This document shows, piece by piece, positions 35,801-42,948 of a DNA stretch of 64,000 nucleotides. Location: assembly GCA_016792805.1 (NCBI GenBank), contig JAEUHX010000087.1:76955-140954 (forward strand). Direction: 5' to 3'. The notes below the pieces were generated by a model that saw only the letters and a program-made list of their open reading frames with translations, had not been told where the DNA came from and did not search any database. This stretch comes from Planctomycetota bacterium. GTDB lineage: Bacteria; Planctomycetota; UBA1135; JACQFD01. Every line of letters starts with the position of its first letter. The first letter of the stretch is position 1. The position numbers were made by a program, and so were the translations under genes.

Positions 35801-36297
35801 AAGGTCGAGGTCTTTCCGACGACGAGCCCTTCCCCCTTTGTGGAAAGGACCGTTGTCGCTCCCGCCTGGGTGCTCGACGGAATATTGATCACATAGGGGA
35901 TTCCGCCGGCCTGGAGCCCGCCGCCGCCCGTCGAAGACGGGCAGGTGGGCTGGAAGATAACCTTCTTTTTGTTGGCATTATCGAACGAGAAGGTTCCGAG
36001 GGCCGGCACCGCAGTTCCCTGCTGAACGATGGAAATCGACGCGGGCGTCACCGTGTCCGGCCGGACCTCTTTGTTGAAGAGAATCTCGATGGGGCGATTG
36101 ACCTCCCAATCCTGTCCGGGCTGAGGCAGGATCGATTCCACGAGGAAGTCGGCGCTGTCCGGCCCAGGATTCCCACCCGGATCGATCACATCATTGAACA
36201 AGGACGAGCCGCCGCCACCGCAGCCGCTCAGGAGGGCACTGGAAGCGGTGCCGATCAGCAGGCTGAGAGAGAGACGCGCGTTGCGGGAGAGGGTCAT
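32851..36297 (-). CDS. Giant surface lipoprotein B (paralogue of A)
   Basis: ORF 32851..36483, start MTLSRNARLSLSLLIGTASSALLSGC at 36297, followed by GGGGSSLFN. Ig-like domain (IEILFNKEVRPDTVTPASISIV). Poly-Gly motifs KGAGGGGGGGILSIQALGKVSVAGTISASGGNGAAG. C-terminal KRFIRFTVTF...VRFLKVPFQFN. Confidence 0.8.
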   Translation of the reverse strand: MTLSRNARLSLSLLIGTASSALLSGCGGGGSSLFNDVIDPGGNPGPDSADFLVESILPQPGQDWEVNRPIEILFNKEVRPDTVTPASISIVQQGTAVPALGTFSFDNANKKKVIFQPTCPSSTGGGGLQAGGIPYVINIPSSTQAGATTVLSTKGEGLVVGKTSTFVTKPAGSGVFYDPKVNESPQVTRVVFVTPNSAGDLVESDFTAGATIPTNKFVGPSVYFDVTFNQPVDPAATNITSSNISLQFNTTGSSFASIPVSVALIENCTAAGAKVRVTPLGLLPSGRRIRFLISQGFSDITGETALFPTAIPASFGTEPIVETASTPDYDAIVESFDSAAREDQNPGFGFPAAEWNSQGFLEAGFSFGGQPTDNDLEVLSGQTIFVDTSAATLTLKSAIGSPVQQTFVNGRIFLRRLRVFNGGRLVGQGLNPLQIFANETVQVDAGGQILVTGADASDVQTLLTAAQFSEPGGAGICGGGSGGVGNPVTSQSSVKGGQGAGPFNVLNGGGFGGESALVPVVNGQQCFENEDRHPAGGGGGSHTTAGEKGNDGPTTASFTIGSCIAPQGVSAVNPATFPQGGAPGPLNFVTTSPTDDFVGTTIVTRGTCITTGSTTQVRATSPIFNTSDVGRFIAIYRTAGTWEDTLAACTTGTTALDPTQCFRSKVLVRQISSVTGDLAAVNFSAPLPVTAATGDLVVLMGRGDNLTGEIVTPLGGQGGGGGGNAIGSTTITNPNFGAVDKKGAGGGGGGGILSIQALGKVSVAGTISASGGNGAAGENTIFLDRIGGGSGGGAGGTIIIQSADSIDAFIGATSGTILARGGRRGGGANSGQQDPVPPTTSLGLGHGGRGGKGLVQLHAPINPATGLYKTAFLGGGTASAQPLPANFDPAPLLLLPGFGSQSRVRSTWFDTGLPLAAGKPTYEFAGLALPASGLGPVGKILTDAQGFVAPIVGVSGTVNASSVTANSITLAKLDLIAGGNLKAVEPKTMILDRVRVGSNAGTVIGATESGNNIVLTTDNGSSGNPTALNAGLSGTPAWQLVTRSFEVSTFTSAGEINDFLPPSTSSFAAVQIQFQGADADATGNVNLASIVPTAVQDSTGVGTSDMSILTGKRFIRFTVTFDVALGGAVTASSSKPRVRFLKVPFQFN

Positions 36298-36461
36298 GTG
36301 CAGAAATCTATTCCGAGTAGTGCGACGCGAAGGTTCTGTGTCGTTGTGGGCCGTGAGGCTCGGCGAGGCGATCTCAGTGACTCCTTTTGGAGTGGAACTC
36401 ACAGATCGTTTTTCGTCTGTCGGCGGCGAGCCGCCGATGCGCTCGCGCCGAAAGCCGATGT

Positions 36462-36501
36462 CGATCCTCGGGGCGAGCCGCATCGACCGCCCCGAGGATC
36501 G
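36462..36501 (-). other. 14-bp perfect inverted repeat hairpin immediately after the lipoprotein C stop
   Basis: CGATCCTCGGGGCG-(12 nt)-CGCCCCGAGGATCG lies 10 nt downstream of the TAA at 36511-36513. There is no good T-tract, so it may be an RNA-stabilising or processing element or a weak terminator. Confidence 0.4.
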
Positions 36502-36510
36502 AGGGTTGGG

Positions 36511-39500
36511 TTACGGCGCCGAGAATCCGATGCCGACCGCCGACAGCGACGGAGCGACATCGTTCACGATGTCGGACGTGAACGTGAAGCGCATCTGGAG
36601 GAATCGCTTCGCATTCAGAAGCGTAATGTTGTTGGTGAAGTTCACACCTCCGCTGGCGCCTGTTCCCTTTGTGATCGGAACAACGCCGCTGGGCGTCGCA
36701 CCGCACACAACGCCGGTCGGAAGCTGCGGGATCGTTGGGAAGATGCCGCCCTCAGCCCCCGCGTAGAACTCGCCATAGACGTCAAAGCAGCGCGCGTCGC
36801 CCGTGAAGCCGGCTCCGGCGGAGTCTGCGCCGCGGAATTCGATAGTCGCGGATGTGTTGGTCGGCTGAATCGCGGGCAACATCACAATCCAGGATGGATC
36901 AAAGATCGGATTGTTGATACCCACAGTGGTCAAGTTGTAGAAGTGCGTGTAGACGCGCGAGACCTTGACCGCGAAATCGATCTGCGCCGGGTACACCTCC
37001 GGTCCACCGGGCGGCGTCTTGGTACCTGCGGGGCCCTGAGTCGAGCCTGGCGGGAAATAGCCGCCGTTCGGAACGAGGCCGCCAGGTGCCACATCCGGCG
37101 TAACCGTCTGGGGGGTGCCGCCCTGGTCGAGGCCGCCGGTCGAGAAGACTCGGAAATTGGGCTTCGACGACGAGTTCAAGGCCACGTTCACCTGGAAGCC
37201 GTTCAAGCCCTTCGTGTTGCTGTCCTGCGCCGGATAGACGCGGCAATCAAACAGAAGCGGCAGTCCCACGGAGGGCACTTGGTTGGGCTTGTAGGGATGG
37301 TCGACGGTGAGGTTGTTCGCATTCGTCGGCGGCGGAATGAAAGGCAACAGTGCGTAGTACTGTTGAGGATTGACACCGAAGCCGTTCTGTCCGGCGAACT
37401 TGCCGGCGCCGTACGAGCTGTCACGCCATGTGAACGTCGACGTGAATTTCGGGTAGGGGAACATGGTCACACCCGACGGGGAGAGGAACGCCGCGTTCGG
37501 GTTGATCACATATTGGCCGTCGTAGACGCGCTCGGGCGGATGATCGGCCGCCTCGAAAACGTTGGCGATGAACGAAGTCTCCTGGAGGCCCGATGCCGGG
37601 AAGACCGGCAGCAGGCTCATCGGATCCACGAACTCATCGGGGAACTGCCTCGAGTGCGCCAGATCGATTCGGAATCGACCGAAGAAGTCGTTCTGTACGA
37701 TTCCACCAAACGGCGTCCAGGCCATGCGCTCGACGTCAAGGTCGGTATCCGAGATCGAATTGATCGCCAGGTTCAGGTCGATGTGGCGATAGACAGTCAT
37801 CAGGCGGCTTCCGAGGTTCGAAAGCGGAGTCTGCACCGCCTGGTTGAATGCCTGCATCGATCCCACAAACACGTTGGATCCATCGGCATTTCGCGAGAAG
37901 TGCGTCGGCGGCCGCGGCCCAATGAAGCCGGCGGCCGGCTGCGTCACCTGTCCGCTCACCAGCTGCGCTGGCGGCGTCGCCTCGAAGAGCGAGTCGAAGC
38001 GCAACGAAAGGCCGCGCGTGCTGTTCGTCGCGGCAGCGGGATTCACTCGGAACTTCATCTTGAATCCGAACTGGCTGATCGGCAGCGAGTTGCCCACCAG
38101 GTCGGTCACGCCTGTCGATCCTCCGACGACGTAGAAGATGTAATCCGCGGTCTGCGGCGCTCCCGAATCATTGCGGTAGGGCAGAACCGGAATGAACTTC
38201 AACGACCGCTGATCGGGAGAGGACACCACATTTCCGATCGCCATATCAAACGCCTGTGCAGTCGTCGGCGTGATCTCGGTCAGTGTGGTCGGGTTCATCA
38301 CGACGCAGAAATTCTCGATCGAGTTGACCTTCGAGAGATTCACGGGCTTCGTGAACCGCACGGTGAAGGTCGAATTCGGGTCGATGTTCGTGAGCGGAAT
38401 TGTGATCGGCAGAGGAAGCGGCTGAACCACGACGAAGCACCCGGCGAAGTTGCTCATCGTCGCTTCGTCGTAGAGCGTCGTGAGAAGCGCCTGATCGGTG
38501 GTATTGAATGTGGACGCCTGAAGATAATTGACCGTCACTGTATAGGTCGGGTCGGCGTCTCCGATCGATGCCGGATCGATGGCGACGACTGTCGCGAAGC
38601 GGGTCGCCCCGGAACCGCCCTGCTGGATCGAATCGCCGACTCGGATCGAGATATCGCAGGCTGTGTTCACATAAGCGATCTTGATCGTCCGCTGGTCGAC
38701 CGAGACGATCTCATTCACCGTCATCGGCTGCGAGCCGATGATGCGCGGCGGAGTCGGGTCGGAGAGGAATCCCTGGTTCGCGTCGGAAGGTGCGCCGCCG
38801 GCGCGGAAGACACGCACCACACCGTCCCCCGTCGTCGTCGACGAGAACTTCGTGATGGAGGCATTGGGGTTCAGCGCCGATCCGTCCTTGCCGAGGATGA
38901 TGCGCGTCACGCCCTTTGCGAGGTCGTAGCGCGAGGGCAAGAACACCGCGATGTTGTAGGTGGCCGTCGAAATGCTCGGGGGAAGACCCTGAGAGTTCAG
39001 CGGGAGGGCCTGCGGGTTCATCTTGTTCCCCACCGCAATTGCCTCCTCGATTCGCGAATCGTCGAGGGCGCTGACCGTCGGGTCGATGATCAGCTCGCGG
39101 GGCGATTCGGGCTTGAAGATGAATCGGCCCTGGAACGGGTCGGGGGGCAATTGGCCCGACGAAGTCGCCGATCCGACGAAGAGTCGCACCGTGTCGGGGC
39201 CCACCGATTTGGGATTGATTGCCCGGTCGAAGATCAGGCGGAACGAAGCATCTCGCGGAACTTCCGTGAACGGCGGAACGCTGGAAGGCCCAGCCGTTGC
39301 GATGGAGCCGAGCGATCCCGTCACCTCAGCGAATGCCCGCTGGAAAAGTGACTTCGGCGCGGCGTCAAACTGGGTGCCGATCGTCAAAATCACCGCGCCG
39401 GTCACTACGTCCGATTGGAGCGTCAGCAGCACCGGAGTCCCGGTCGTCGAAGTCAGCGTCTTGCTGATTCCGACGTTCTCCGACACGAGCTGATCCAGGT

Positions 39501-39768
39501 AGAACTGGTCCGTCACGGTGACACCGTTGACGACCTTGGTGATGGGCGTCGAATTGCCGGCGCCGTCGAGGGCGCGAATGTCGACGAGGCGACCCCAGGA
39601 GAGGTTCTTCAGAGTCAGACCGGCAGCCGGTGTGTTGTTATTTGAGCCGCCAGCTGCGGGGCCGACGTTCTGATTCGAGGTGCCTCCGCCACCACAGGCG
39701 GGAAGAACCGCCGCGACCGTGGCGAGAAAGAGCGTCGCGATTCCAAGGCGCCCAACGCTGAATCCCAT
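36511..39768 (-). CDS. Giant surface lipoprotein C (divergent paralogue; Ig-like domains, no poly-Gly core)
   Basis: ORF 36511..40128. Best start is MGFSVGRLGIATLFLATVAAVLPAC at 39768 (GAGG 7 nt upstream), followed by GGGGTS. Ig-like segments (FRLIFDRAINPKSVGPDTVRLF and FTVRFTKPVNLSKV). C-terminal KRFLQMRFTFTS...AVGIGFSAP. Confidence 0.8.
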   Translation of the reverse strand: MGFSVGRLGIATLFLATVAAVLPACGGGGTSNQNVGPAAGGSNNNTPAAGLTLKNLSWGRLVDIRALDGAGNSTPITKVVNGVTVTDQFYLDQLVSENVGISKTLTSTTGTPVLLTLQSDVVTGAVILTIGTQFDAAPKSLFQRAFAEVTGSLGSIATAGPSSVPPFTEVPRDASFRLIFDRAINPKSVGPDTVRLFVGSATSSGQLPPDPFQGRFIFKPESPRELIIDPTVSALDDSRIEEAIAVGNKMNPQALPLNSQGLPPSISTATYNIAVFLPSRYDLAKGVTRIILGKDGSALNPNASITKFSSTTTGDGVVRVFRAGGAPSDANQGFLSDPTPPRIIGSQPMTVNEIVSVDQRTIKIAYVNTACDISIRVGDSIQQGGSGATRFATVVAIDPASIGDADPTYTVTVNYLQASTFNTTDQALLTTLYDEATMSNFAGCFVVVQPLPLPITIPLTNIDPNSTFTVRFTKPVNLSKVNSIENFCVVMNPTTLTEITPTTAQAFDMAIGNVVSSPDQRSLKFIPVLPYRNDSGAPQTADYIFYVVGGSTGVTDLVGNSLPISQFGFKMKFRVNPAAATNSTRGLSLRFDSLFEATPPAQLVSGQVTQPAAGFIGPRPPTHFSRNADGSNVFVGSMQAFNQAVQTPLSNLGSRLMTVYRHIDLNLAINSISDTDLDVERMAWTPFGGIVQNDFFGRFRIDLAHSRQFPDEFVDPMSLLPVFPASGLQETSFIANVFEAADHPPERVYDGQYVINPNAAFLSPSGVTMFPYPKFTSTFTWRDSSYGAGKFAGQNGFGVNPQQYYALLPFIPPPTNANNLTVDHPYKPNQVPSVGLPLLFDCRVYPAQDSNTKGLNGFQVNVALNSSSKPNFRVFSTGGLDQGGTPQTVTPDVAPGGLVPNGGYFPPGSTQGPAGTKTPPGGPEVYPAQIDFAVKVSRVYTHFYNLTTVGINNPIFDPSWIVMLPAIQPTNTSATIEFRGADSAGAGFTGDARCFDVYGEFYAGAEGGIFPTIPQLPTGVVCGATPSGVVPITKGTGASGGVNFTNNITLLNAKRFLQMRFTFTSDIVNDVAPSLSAVGIGFSAP

Positions 39769-40149
39769 CGGTAGACCTCGATGACGCAGGCCCAGCTGAG
39801 GAGATCTCAGCGGAGTGGGCGCCGACTGGGGAAGTGCCGAGTGAGAATTCGCGAGCTGCGCTAGGGAGCCCGCGTTCGGCGGAGTATTCAGCTGACGAAG
39901 TAGCGTCATCGTGTAAGCACCTGGAGCCGGATTCTCCGGGTTCCTGCCAAGGACGTGAACAAAAGCGGAAAACCTCGGGGATTCGTGAAGTAGGCACGCC
40001 CGCCGAGGAACCGCCGAGGCGGGTCCGCATGCGAGTTGCCCGGATGACCGTTGTACTCGACGGGAAATGCGCGGTTCTCGCGCGTCGCTCGTCGCACGCC
40101 ACAACGGGTCCTGGGAGCCCAGGATCATAGTTGCCGCGTGAAACTTCGG

Positions 40150-40518
40150 TCAATCGACAGCATCGAATCCGCCCGCCGTTGGCTTGGTGGTGATGCGACG
40201 CTTCGCATCTCCACCGGCTCGAAAGGGCGTTCGAGACTGTCCCCGGTCGTCGATTCGAATCCCGTGCCAGAGGCCGTCAGGAATCTGGGCGGCTTCGAAG
40301 TCCGCGGATGGGCGTACCGGTCGCTGCGAGGCCGCGGCTTGGCGTAGCAAGCCCACCGTAACCCCTTGACTATCAAGGGTTCGCAGCGAGATGCCTTTCA
40401 CGAACTCGACTGCGCGGCCGGAACCGACCGTCTCGAAAGTCGCGATTCGTATTTCGCGAGCGCGTTTCGCGCCCGACACCGAGCGGCGTTGCTGGGACGA
40501 CTGTGCGCCGACGCTCAC
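40150..40518 (-). CDS. Hypothetical 122-aa protein, start overlapping the pyrB stop (GTGA)
   Basis: The GTG at 40518 overlaps the TGA at 40515-40517. Third-position G+C is moderately high and looks coding by eye. No recognisable motif. Confidence 0.35.
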   Translation of the reverse strand: MSVGAQSSQQRRSVSGAKRAREIRIATFETVGSGRAVEFVKGISLRTLDSQGVTVGLLRQAAASQRPVRPSADFEAAQIPDGLWHGIRIDDRGQSRTPFRAGGDAKRRITTKPTAGGFDAVD

Positions 40519-41882
40519 TCGCGATTCGCGCTCGATCGCGTCCCGGCGGCGACGTAGCCGGCGCTTTGCGCCTGGTGTTCCGAAGCGAAGAGCACGAGAT
40601 GCTCCGGCTTGATCCGGGCAACCTCCGCGGAGCTCGCAAAGTGAAAGTGGCGCGTGCTTGAGCAGCCGAGAAGCGGCACTTGCTGCTCATGATCACAGAA
40701 CGCGCATCGGATCAACAGCGGCTCCCGGGAGACTAGGTGGTATTCGGGGCTGAGATATTGACGTTCAGCGTGGGTGACACAATTTGAGTTGCCACATTCA
40801 ATTCCACCGCGCGTTCGCAGGCGAATCGGGCTCCTCGGCGCCGGAGGGGCTGTGCCAAGCTCGAAAAGCCCGAGCAGGAAGCCGAGAACCGCCATGCGAA
40901 CGGGCACGCCTCGTGCAGCCTGCTCGAAGTAGATCGAGCGCGGATCTTCGTCGAGGTCGTAGGAAAGCTCATCAATGCGAGGGAGCGGGTGCAGCACGAC
41001 CGTGTCGCGAAACTTGGCTCCCGATAGGGCAGCGCGATCGACGCGGAAGTAAGGAGCTGCCACGCTCCGCTCGGCCTCGGTGTAACGTTCGCGCTGCGGG
41101 CGAGTGACGTAGAGAGCGTCAAATTTCTTGACGTTCACTTCTCGAATATCTGTAAAAAGCGAGAGCTGGTGGGGCCGCTCCGGCGTGAAATACATAGCAT
41201 CCATCTGAGGTGCCACGGTCTCGAGATCCTTGACCTCAACCGAATGCGGCTCGACACGGTACTCGTGACGCAGGCGGTGCACGACGTAGGACGGGAGCTC
41301 GAATCCTGGCTGCGGCGCGCACACGAGATTCGCGCCGAAGCGAGCGAGTGCGAACGCGAATGAGTGGATCGTTCGAGAGTATTTGAGGTCTCCGCACAAA
41401 ACGACGTCGAGCCCTTCGATGCCGCCTTTCTCGACCCGCAGAGAATATAAGTCGCAGAGCGTTTGCGTCGGGTGCTCGTGGCTTCCGTCGCCGGCATTCA
41501 CCACGGGGACCTTCGCGTACCGCTGCGCGACTTTGGCGGCGCCTTCCTTCGGGTGGCGAATCACGATCACGTCGGCGTAAGCGCCCACAACGCGCACCGT
41601 GTCAGCGAGCGACTCCCCTTTTGCAGCCGACGAAGCGCGCATGTCGGCTGCGGAGATCACTCCTCCGCCAAGGCGCTGCATCGCCGACTCGAAGGAGAGC
41701 CGCGTGCGCGTCGAGGGCTCGTAAAAGAGGCTCGCCACGATCGATCCCTGGGCGAGCCGCGAAACCTGCCGGCGATCCGCTCGGATGCGATCGGCAACTT
41801 CAAACAGCTTCAAGATCTCATCGTTCGTGAGATCGTCGATCGAGACGAGGTGGCGAGGAGCCGATCCGTCACTCGAGGGCAC
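40515..41882 (-). CDS. pyrB: Aspartate carbamoyltransferase catalytic chain fused to a PyrI-type zinc domain and a further C-terminal tail
   Basis: ORF 40515..42158. GTG at 41882 is the first start after the upstream stop at 41894. PyrB motifs EPSTRTRLSFE, HEHPTQTL and LHPLPRIDEL, followed by CGNSNCVTHAE...IRCAFCDHE (PyrI Zn-domain pattern CxNxxC...CxxC). Confidence 0.85.
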   Translation of the reverse strand: MPSSDGSAPRHLVSIDDLTNDEILKLFEVADRIRADRRQVSRLAQGSIVASLFYEPSTRTRLSFESAMQRLGGGVISAADMRASSAAKGESLADTVRVVGAYADVIVIRHPKEGAAKVAQRYAKVPVVNAGDGSHEHPTQTLCDLYSLRVEKGGIEGLDVVLCGDLKYSRTIHSFAFALARFGANLVCAPQPGFELPSYVVHRLRHEYRVEPHSVEVKDLETVAPQMDAMYFTPERPHQLSLFTDIREVNVKKFDALYVTRPQRERYTEAERSVAAPYFRVDRAALSGAKFRDTVVLHPLPRIDELSYDLDEDPRSIYFEQAARGVPVRMAVLGFLLGLFELGTAPPAPRSPIRLRTRGGIECGNSNCVTHAERQYLSPEYHLVSREPLLIRCAFCDHEQQVPLLGCSSTRHFHFASSAEVARIKPEHLVLFASEHQAQSAGYVAAGTRSSANRE

Positions 41883-41893
41883 GAGCCCGGACC

Positions 41894-42946
41894 CTACAGA
41901 CGCCAAGCGTTGGCGTCCATCGACTGGAGCACGCGGACGGCGAGGGCGAGGGCGCGCCGCCCCTCGTCGCCCGAGCAGGGATTCTGGCCGGCACCGCGCA
42001 CCGCATTCAGGAATGCCGCGATCTCCGCCTTGAGCGGCTCGGTCTCGTCCTGAAAGTGAGCTTCCTTGATCTCGAGAAGTCCACCAAAAACGAACGCGCG
42101 CGGATCCTGGAGGCTCGCCGGGTCGAGCTCGGAGAGCCGCTTGCGCTCCGATTCCCACCGTGGTCCCTTGCGAACGGCGAGAGCATATCTCTTCTGGAGA
42201 TCGAGCGATACGTAGGAGTCCGGCGAGAAGAAACGCATGCGGCGCAGCGGCTCCAGCGACACACGGCTTGCGGTAACATTTGCAACACAGCCGTTCTTGA
42301 ATCGGATTCTTGCATTCGCCAGGTCTTCAGCCGTGGTGAGCACATTTCCCCCGACGGCATCCACCGACTCCACTTCGTCGCACACCAGATGCAACAGAAG
42401 ATCGAGATCGTGAATCATAAGATCCAGAACGACTCCGACATCCTGCGACCGAAACGAAAAGGGCGCCAATCGATGGACTTCCACAAATCGAGGGCGTACG
42501 GCAAATTCAGCGACAGCCCGAATGCCCGGATTGAACCGCTCCGAGTGTCCCACTGTGAGGACGGCACCGGAGCGGGAGGCCGCAGCAAGCATGGCGTCGG
42601 CCTCCTCGATCGACGCGGCGATCGGCTTCTCGACGAGAACCGAGACTCCGCGCTCCAGGAACGGAATGGCGATCTCCGCGTGGGCCACCGTCGGCGTGGC
42701 GATCGAAACCACGTCGAGGTCGGACGGAAGCTCACCGACAGCTTTGTATCCCTTCGAGCCGAGCCGCTCCGCAACGCCCCGCGCCCGATCCTCACGCGCG
42801 TCGACGACGCCGACGAGGTCGACTCCGCCGATCTCGCGATAAACGCGGCTGTGGATTCGCCCGAGGTGCCCGGCACCCACCACGGCGGCGCGTAGCCGCC
42901 GTTCAGAGCCTGCGCTCGAGCCGGACGCTTCGGACGCGGAGTTCAC
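41894..42946 (-). CDS. Gfo/Idh/MocA-family NAD(P)-dependent oxidoreductase
   Basis: 350 aa. Rossmann motif AAVVGAGHLGRIH, then LVEKP and GHSERFNP. Its start lies 2 nt after the lpxC-fabZ stop. Confidence 0.85.
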   Translation of the reverse strand: MNSASEASGSSAGSERRLRAAVVGAGHLGRIHSRVYREIGGVDLVGVVDAREDRARGVAERLGSKGYKAVGELPSDLDVVSIATPTVAHAEIAIPFLERGVSVLVEKPIAASIEEADAMLAAASRSGAVLTVGHSERFNPGIRAVAEFAVRPRFVEVHRLAPFSFRSQDVGVVLDLMIHDLDLLLHLVCDEVESVDAVGGNVLTTAEDLANARIRFKNGCVANVTASRVSLEPLRRMRFFSPDSYVSLDLQKRYALAVRKGPRWESERKRLSELDPASLQDPRAFVFGGLLEIKEAHFQDETEPLKAEIAAFLNAVRGAGQNPCSGDEGRRALALAVRVLQSMDANAWRL

Positions 42947-42948
42947 GA

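Noticed and set aside
35413-39351. A 1312-aa plus-strand ORF spanning the antisense of lipoprotein genes B and C and the gap between them.
   Set aside because: The product is an Arg/Asp/Glu/Gly-rich low-complexity string with no motifs. It is antisense to two well-supported, motif-bearing CDSs. Long stop-free antisense frames are expected in GC3-rich genes. Crossing the 213-nt gap is the only odd aspect, and it is compatible with chance at this base composition.
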